Shown in pieces: positions 38,490 through 44,408 of a DNA stretch of 44,408 bases. The stretch's first letter is position 1. Each line of letters opens with the position of its first letter. The DNA comes from Octopus sinensis. Lineage: Eukaryota. The position numbers and the translations under genes are program-made. A model generated the notes under the pieces. It saw only the letters and a program-made list of their open reading frames with translations. It ran no database searches and had not been told where the DNA came from. The stretch covers positions 1 to 44,408 of the forward strand of contig NW_021834929.1 in the NCBI RefSeq assembly GCF_006345805.1, in the 5' to 3' direction.

Positions 38490-38596
38490 ATAATATATAT
38501 ATACATTGTATATATAGGAAGATACATATATGTATATTTATATATATATCAAATATATCTTTATATATATTATCTATAATAATAAATATCTATATG

Positions 38597-38650
<54 letters not shown>

Positions 38651-38700
38651 AGATATAACTAACATATATATGTATATATAATAAATAAATGTAGATACAT
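38160..38700. repeat. TA-rich low-complexity tract
   Basis: Direct. Confidence 0.9.
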
Positions 38701-39081
38701 AGATGAGTGATTGATAATATCAATATAGTTGGAAAATATCATTTAGCATAAGATCGATAAGATCGTGTAAAAGAAATAGATGTATCTATGCAAATATGAT
38801 GCACAGATCTTTTAAAGTAAAGATTATATATTTTACTGAAGGAAATAGACATTATACATAACACATTATTTTGAATCTATATGAAAATGTCGGATGAATA
38901 TGATATAAGATATAACTAATAAGAAAATAGTGTGCTACACGTACACATAAACCTCTATATCGAGACTTAGAAAATAAATGTACATATATATGTCTGTATT
39001 TTTCCGTGTCTTGATATACACAGGTACATTTACACACATACACAGACATGTATACATGCATACACCCACATACACTCTTGC

Positions 39082-39144
<63 letters not shown>

Positions 39145-39368
39145 ATATCGTGGGTGAATATTATAAATATTATGATAAGGTTATAATATATACTATAATT
39201 GACTCGAAGTCTGAAAAGACCCCATGTATATGTCTGTATATATAATTGCGTATTTGACCATATATATATGCAAGTATACATATATACGTGCTCACACCCA
39301 CAGACGCACACAAACAGACAAACAAACACGCACACAGACACACAAACGCACAGACGCACAGATATATA

Positions 39369-39401
<33 letters not shown>

Positions 39402-40934
39402 CAGACACGTATTATATATGTGTGAGTGTGTGAGTGGTATGTTTGTGCGTGTGGTGTGTTTGTCTGGTGTGTGTGTCTACAATTTATTACATCTATTCAG
39501 TTTGTTCTGTGTGCAAAGTTGCTATTCTTCAATCATAGTTTTTTTTTCCAATAGACTGTCTACTGAGGAATATTTCCGTTGATTTTCTTCAGGCCACATA
39601 GGTCTCTCATGTCTTGCAATGGAAGCTTCCTCTAACACTGATCCGACTCGGAGCTTTTGTTAGCTAGCTCTTTGTAGACACTCACTTATTCTACCTTATA
39701 TGTTGTATCGACGGCTTCGATTATTGTATATTTCACTTTCACTTTTACTATATCAACAGCCTGCTTGCTTTCACATCTCAATACACGTGCTCATATAATA
39801 TTGATATTATGAAACAAGATTTCTTAGCTTTCCAGATACAAGTATCAACAACAGCCGAAACAGTTACCTACCACTAGACTTGCATAATTCTATGAAAATA
39901 AACCTTTCAAATATCTAGAAATTGGATGTTAATAACTTCTCTCATTTTTAAAGTACACCGACTATATACAAAGAAAATTCCTATACATATTTCATATTAA
40001 CACCACAGTCTGCTTCTTTCCTCTCTCTCTCTCTCCCTATATACATGTATGTGTATATATGCATGTCTGTATATGCATTTCCGTTTGCGTGCATCTGTGT
40101 GTATTTATATTGGTCTCTCTCTCGTTCTATCTATGTGCGTATATATATATTATATATATATATATAAGCAAAAGTATTCAGAAACTTACGAAGCTCTATA
40201 TATAGTGTTCAAGTATTTATTCTCTTCTTTAAAAGAAATTATAGTTCTCCAAATTTATGCTAAACTCATCGTTAAATAGAGTATCACTTTGTTAAGGAAG
40301 CATTACAAATGCTTTTTTTCTCGCATATAATTACTGAACTCCTCTTTAGACCAGAATTTTTCAACAAGTTAACCATGGACACACCATATGTTATAATTAC
40401 ACTGCTGTTAGCACCTCAACCTGAACTGTTGATTTAAAGAAAGACATAACAATGAACCAAGATTAATGCAGATCACCTAGTAATGGACAAAGAAAGGGTA
40501 AACTGCTTCAGTAGCTAACCTAGTAATTGACAAGCAATCGTCTTACTATATGAACAATTAATTTGCTATTTACCAGGCATAAAAATCTTTTTTCTGTGTT
40601 CCTGTTTATTTGCTTTCAACATTTCCATAGATAGTGTCTTCTTCGTCAGATGTTACAGAAATATAAATCCCCACTATGGTTTTCATTTGTATAACACTAC
40701 CTTATATGAGGTATTAGTTTTATGATATTACAAAGAAATAAATATTTAGAAACAGTTGCATAATTTATGTTTCCAATGATCGATTTGTTGCTTAATTCAC
40801 AGAACCATTAGATTATCAGATTGAATGCTTGCCGCCTTTCTAAGTGATTATATGTCCTGAAAGATCAAGTCGATGGTAATCTAAATGATTGTCTTTTTTT
40901 TTCCTGTCAAGATCTATGAAAACGGTATAAACTA

Positions 40935-41270
40935 GTGGCTCAGAAATCTGCTTTGGGACCATATGGTTTTGGAGTCAGTGCCTCTGCGTGGCACCTTGAC
41001 CATGCGTATTCTGCTTCAGTCCCGTGCCGACCAGTATCTTGTGAGGGAATTTGGTAAGTGGAAATTGCTTGGAAGCTCGCGTGTATCGTTGTGATTTTGT
41101 TTGTCACCAGCCACTGCTTTTCTACCGGAGCTTCTTTACGTCTCCCTAACATAATAGTTCAGCAAAAGACCCACTTAATAGCAACCAGAACTAGTAATAA
41201 GCACTGGAGTCGACTTCAGGGCTGTGCTCCAGGAAAGCCGCACTTTAATTGCTGAAACAAATAAAAGATA
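40935..41270 (+). mobile_element. Old family C SINE
   Basis: CTGCGTGGCACCTTG...GGAAATTGCTTGGAAGCTCG...GTGCTCCAG...CTGAAACAAATAAAAGA aligns to the 24621 copy. Confidence 0.75.
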
Positions 41271-42329
41271 ATACTTTCGGCTGTGTTCTGACAGAACTCT
41301 AAGAATATCTGATCAGATTCTACGTGACATGGGGAGTGATTAGATTCTACTGAGAAACCCAGATGACCATCACCGCATGACCCGGGCCTAACGTGTGAGG
41401 CATATACTCTTAAAAAATAGATGAGAAATATGTTGTCCTAGGTGGGTGAGAAGATTCAGGTTTCTCCATCTGAAGAGATATGAGGCCTTGCTAAGGAACG
41501 GAATGATGTAATTTAATCGAGATTAATTATGTATTAAACAGTGCCATTATACTGGTTTATCTATGTACAGTTTCAGAGATTATCAGTACTGTGATAGAAT
41601 GGAAAATTGATTTTATGATAGAGTATGTTTGTGTTTAATTGAGCATTTGAGATTAACCTATGGAGTGGATCAACAGAGTGCCCGTGTTAGGTTCTATCTT
41701 AGTAAAGATAAAGTACGAAAATGACAATTTTTTTAAAGCAATAAATTAAATATTTTATAAATGAATAAAGTATTGTTATTATTCTGGCTAACATTTCTAG
41801 AAGAATCTGAACTCGTTCACACAGCTTATTGCACACGGCAGTAACAGATTACAGTGTGTTGCTTGATATTTATCTTCGTTTAGATTATATTTGAAACTAT
41901 CATACATATAATTATGTACAAGTATGTATGTATGTATATATGTATGTATGTATGTATGTATGCAAGTATTATGTAAGTGTGTGTAGATAGATAAATAGTG
42001 AGTGAGAGAGAGAGTAGGAGAGAAAGAAAGAGAATGAGAGAGTGTGAAGAGAGAATAAAACCTCAAAATATCAAAAAAATAATTTTAAAATATTGTGACG
42101 CCATAAACATAATTATATCAGAAGGCTAATTAAGATATAAAATTAAGAATCATTTTTTTTATATTTTTGTATTTTGTATAGGATGACGTCTAAAAGAAAC
42201 CATTTCACATCAAAGAGAATATATACTCCTCCGCATCTTACTTCACAACCAACTTATGTTCAAAATTTTTTTTCCAAAAGAAGCAACTCGTAAAATTTAG
42301 ACTCTTTAAATGCAATAATAATAGTTTTT

Positions 42330-42830
42330 AACATTAGCAGAAGTTTTGAAATTTTGGAGGGCTAATACCATGGAATTCTGTACTTGATTGGCTCTTTACC
42401 TTCGCGAATTTGGAAGGATGAATAGCAGCATTTACGTACGTAGGGTTTCGATTTTGAAAGTAAAGAAACGTAGCAAATAGCCTCAACTATTTTAGCCAGG
42501 CTCACAGAAGATTCTGTCAGTGCAACATAAAATAATTCCCTCTATTGTACGCACAATGTGTGAAATTTGGAGAGTGGGTTGAGAGGATTAAAATTCTGTG
42601 GAGGATGACTTCGCCTTTAATCCTTTCGGGGTCGATGAAATAAATACCAGTTAAGCACTTGTGTTAATGTAATCGTCTAGCTCACTTCCCTCAATAGAAA
42701 GTTATAATGGTTTCAAATTTTGGCAAATGTCCAGTAATTGCGAGTGTAGGGTATAAAACCTCGGTGGAATTGTTACTCAAAACGTGAAGGTGAACTAAAT
42801 GCCGCTAATGATAATGTCAAGCGACTTATC
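42330..42830. mobile_element. Cluster of decayed family A SINE fragments in both orientations
   Basis: GACTTCGCCTTTAATCCTTTCGGGGTCGATGAAATAAATACCAG (+, ~42607-42650). GGTTTCAAATTTTGGCA and CTCGGTGGAATT (-, ~42709-42800). Confidence 0.65.
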
Positions 42831-44408
42831 CTAGAAGATGTGGAAACATAATTTCTAGGATTAGTCGTTTGACAGTCGTCAAATTATATCTTAAATCGTA
42901 AAGAAATCCTCGATGAGAAAATGAACTTAGGGGACGGTGACAGGCTACGAATGTTTTTTTCTGAGTTAATCTCATATAGAGAGATGGAGTGTATCATCGA
43001 GCATAAGAAATATTGATGTTGTGAGCGTTGTTGATGTTTACCTCAGAATTTCTTTGGTCGATTAGACTTTTGAAAAAAATGTTTACACCGTGAGCGCCAC
43101 AACTCTTTGCGACATTACGTTGTATATATTTCCTTCTTGTTTCTTCTTTTCGGAGGTGCGCAAAAATTTCGCATCTTGGAAAATGAGGGGAAATTGCAGG
43201 CTTTTTGTATCAAATCAAGCAAGTGTCCTGAGTTTCCTTCATGTTTTTCCATGTGACATATCTAGGGACGCGTTACTAAACTATAAATAGACGACATAAA
43301 ATATGTGAGATGGAAACTTTTAGGTGCGTTGTCTAATAGCTTAAGTATTGCACTCATGAGAGGAAGATGGGATTTCGGTTTTCAGACAAGATGGCGCATT
43401 GTACTACAAAGCAAATCATATTTTATGCTACTCTCGTGCATTCAGCATTAAATGTTTAAACCGTGTGAAGGACTTGCTCATGGTCAGGGGAAACATTTAA
43501 AAAAATTTATACCAGGCGCTTATCTGCCGTGGATACCGTGTAGCTGGCCACATGAGTACTGACAGTAGTGTCAAAGAATTGATGTTGACGACGATGATGA
43601 TTATATTAAACATACTATTTTATAAAATTACTAATAAACAAATAGATTCCTAGAAAATATGAAGACATCAGTAATCAGAATTCAGAATACATTTCTAAAG
43701 CAATTCAGAGAAAAATGAAATTAGTGATACTTGTGATAGCTGCTAACCTAAATTTCCGGCTTTAAATTTAAATTGCTTTCTTTAAAATTTGTACAAAATT
43801 GAATAACAGAAGATACGTTAATGTTAAAGTCTGGTTGTTCTTTTTGTGACTTTTTTTAACACCAGCATAGCTCTGATGAAGCAGACATATGCTCAACAGG
43901 CATTCTAACCATGACTATCATGTTTATTATACTTTTTTTTTCACAGATATCGGCGGCGGCTGTCGACGTTGACTGTTCAGTTCAGGAACAAAATGCCTTT
44001 CCATATAAATAAAGCAGTAGGCATCGTCCATTCCCCAATCACTGTCTCTGGACATCCACGCCCAATACCAAGTTATGTACAGAGGGCAATGAGCATCTTC
44101 TACTTGGCCGCAATAATCTTCCATCCGTTAGTCTTGGACTTTTCAGCCTTGTCGGTTATCCAAAGTCTTGCTGTCGACGTCTTCACTTAACCCAGACACG
44201 GATACAAGCATAGTGTATCTTGGTACAAATTATCCAAATTATGATAATGTTTTTAAGACTACTGTGTGTAATTCGATGCAGACTTGGCTGTTATTTCCAG
44301 TAGAATATACAAAGACAAATCGAGACTGTCTCGATGAATCGCATAATGTGTCTTTGTGTTAGTAGGTAGAAAATAAAAGACATTAATGTTTCATCTGGTG
44401 CTGAAAGA

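Noticed and set aside
43388-43398. YY1-like CAAGATGGCG
   Set aside because: Single short motif with no supporting promoter context.
43870-43900. CTGATGA-AGCA...TGCT hammerhead-like start
   Set aside because: No GAAA/NUH second half.
1-44408. CRISPR array, operons or other prokaryotic systems
   Set aside because: The sequence is eukaryotic repeat-rich DNA, with no regularly spaced repeat-spacer array and no gene-dense regions.

Overview
AT-rich, microsatellite-dense eukaryotic non-genic DNA (intron or intergenic). The SINE repertoire and the (TA)n/(CA)n load point to a coleoid cephalopod, probably Octopus (inference). No intact host gene is supportable, and nearly all ORF-track entries are microsatellite artefacts. 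The window contains: (i) many tRNA-derived SINEs of several families, including chimeric, dimeric and nested copies with visible target-site duplications (TSDs); (ii) a 5'-truncated Penelope-like element (Neptune-type GIY-YIG end) on the minus strand at ~28.5-30.2 kb, with a long Asn-rich linker, a hammerhead-ribozyme motif in its 3' region and a flanking duplication; (iii) several more minimal hammerhead-like motifs in short elements, most of them next to (TA)n tracts; (iv) R4/Dong-like RLE-LINE relics; (v) a 303-bp spacerless palindrome. The most system-like signal is the set of hammerhead-bearing Penelope-derived elements. All alignments were done by eye, and SINE family labels A-E are my own.
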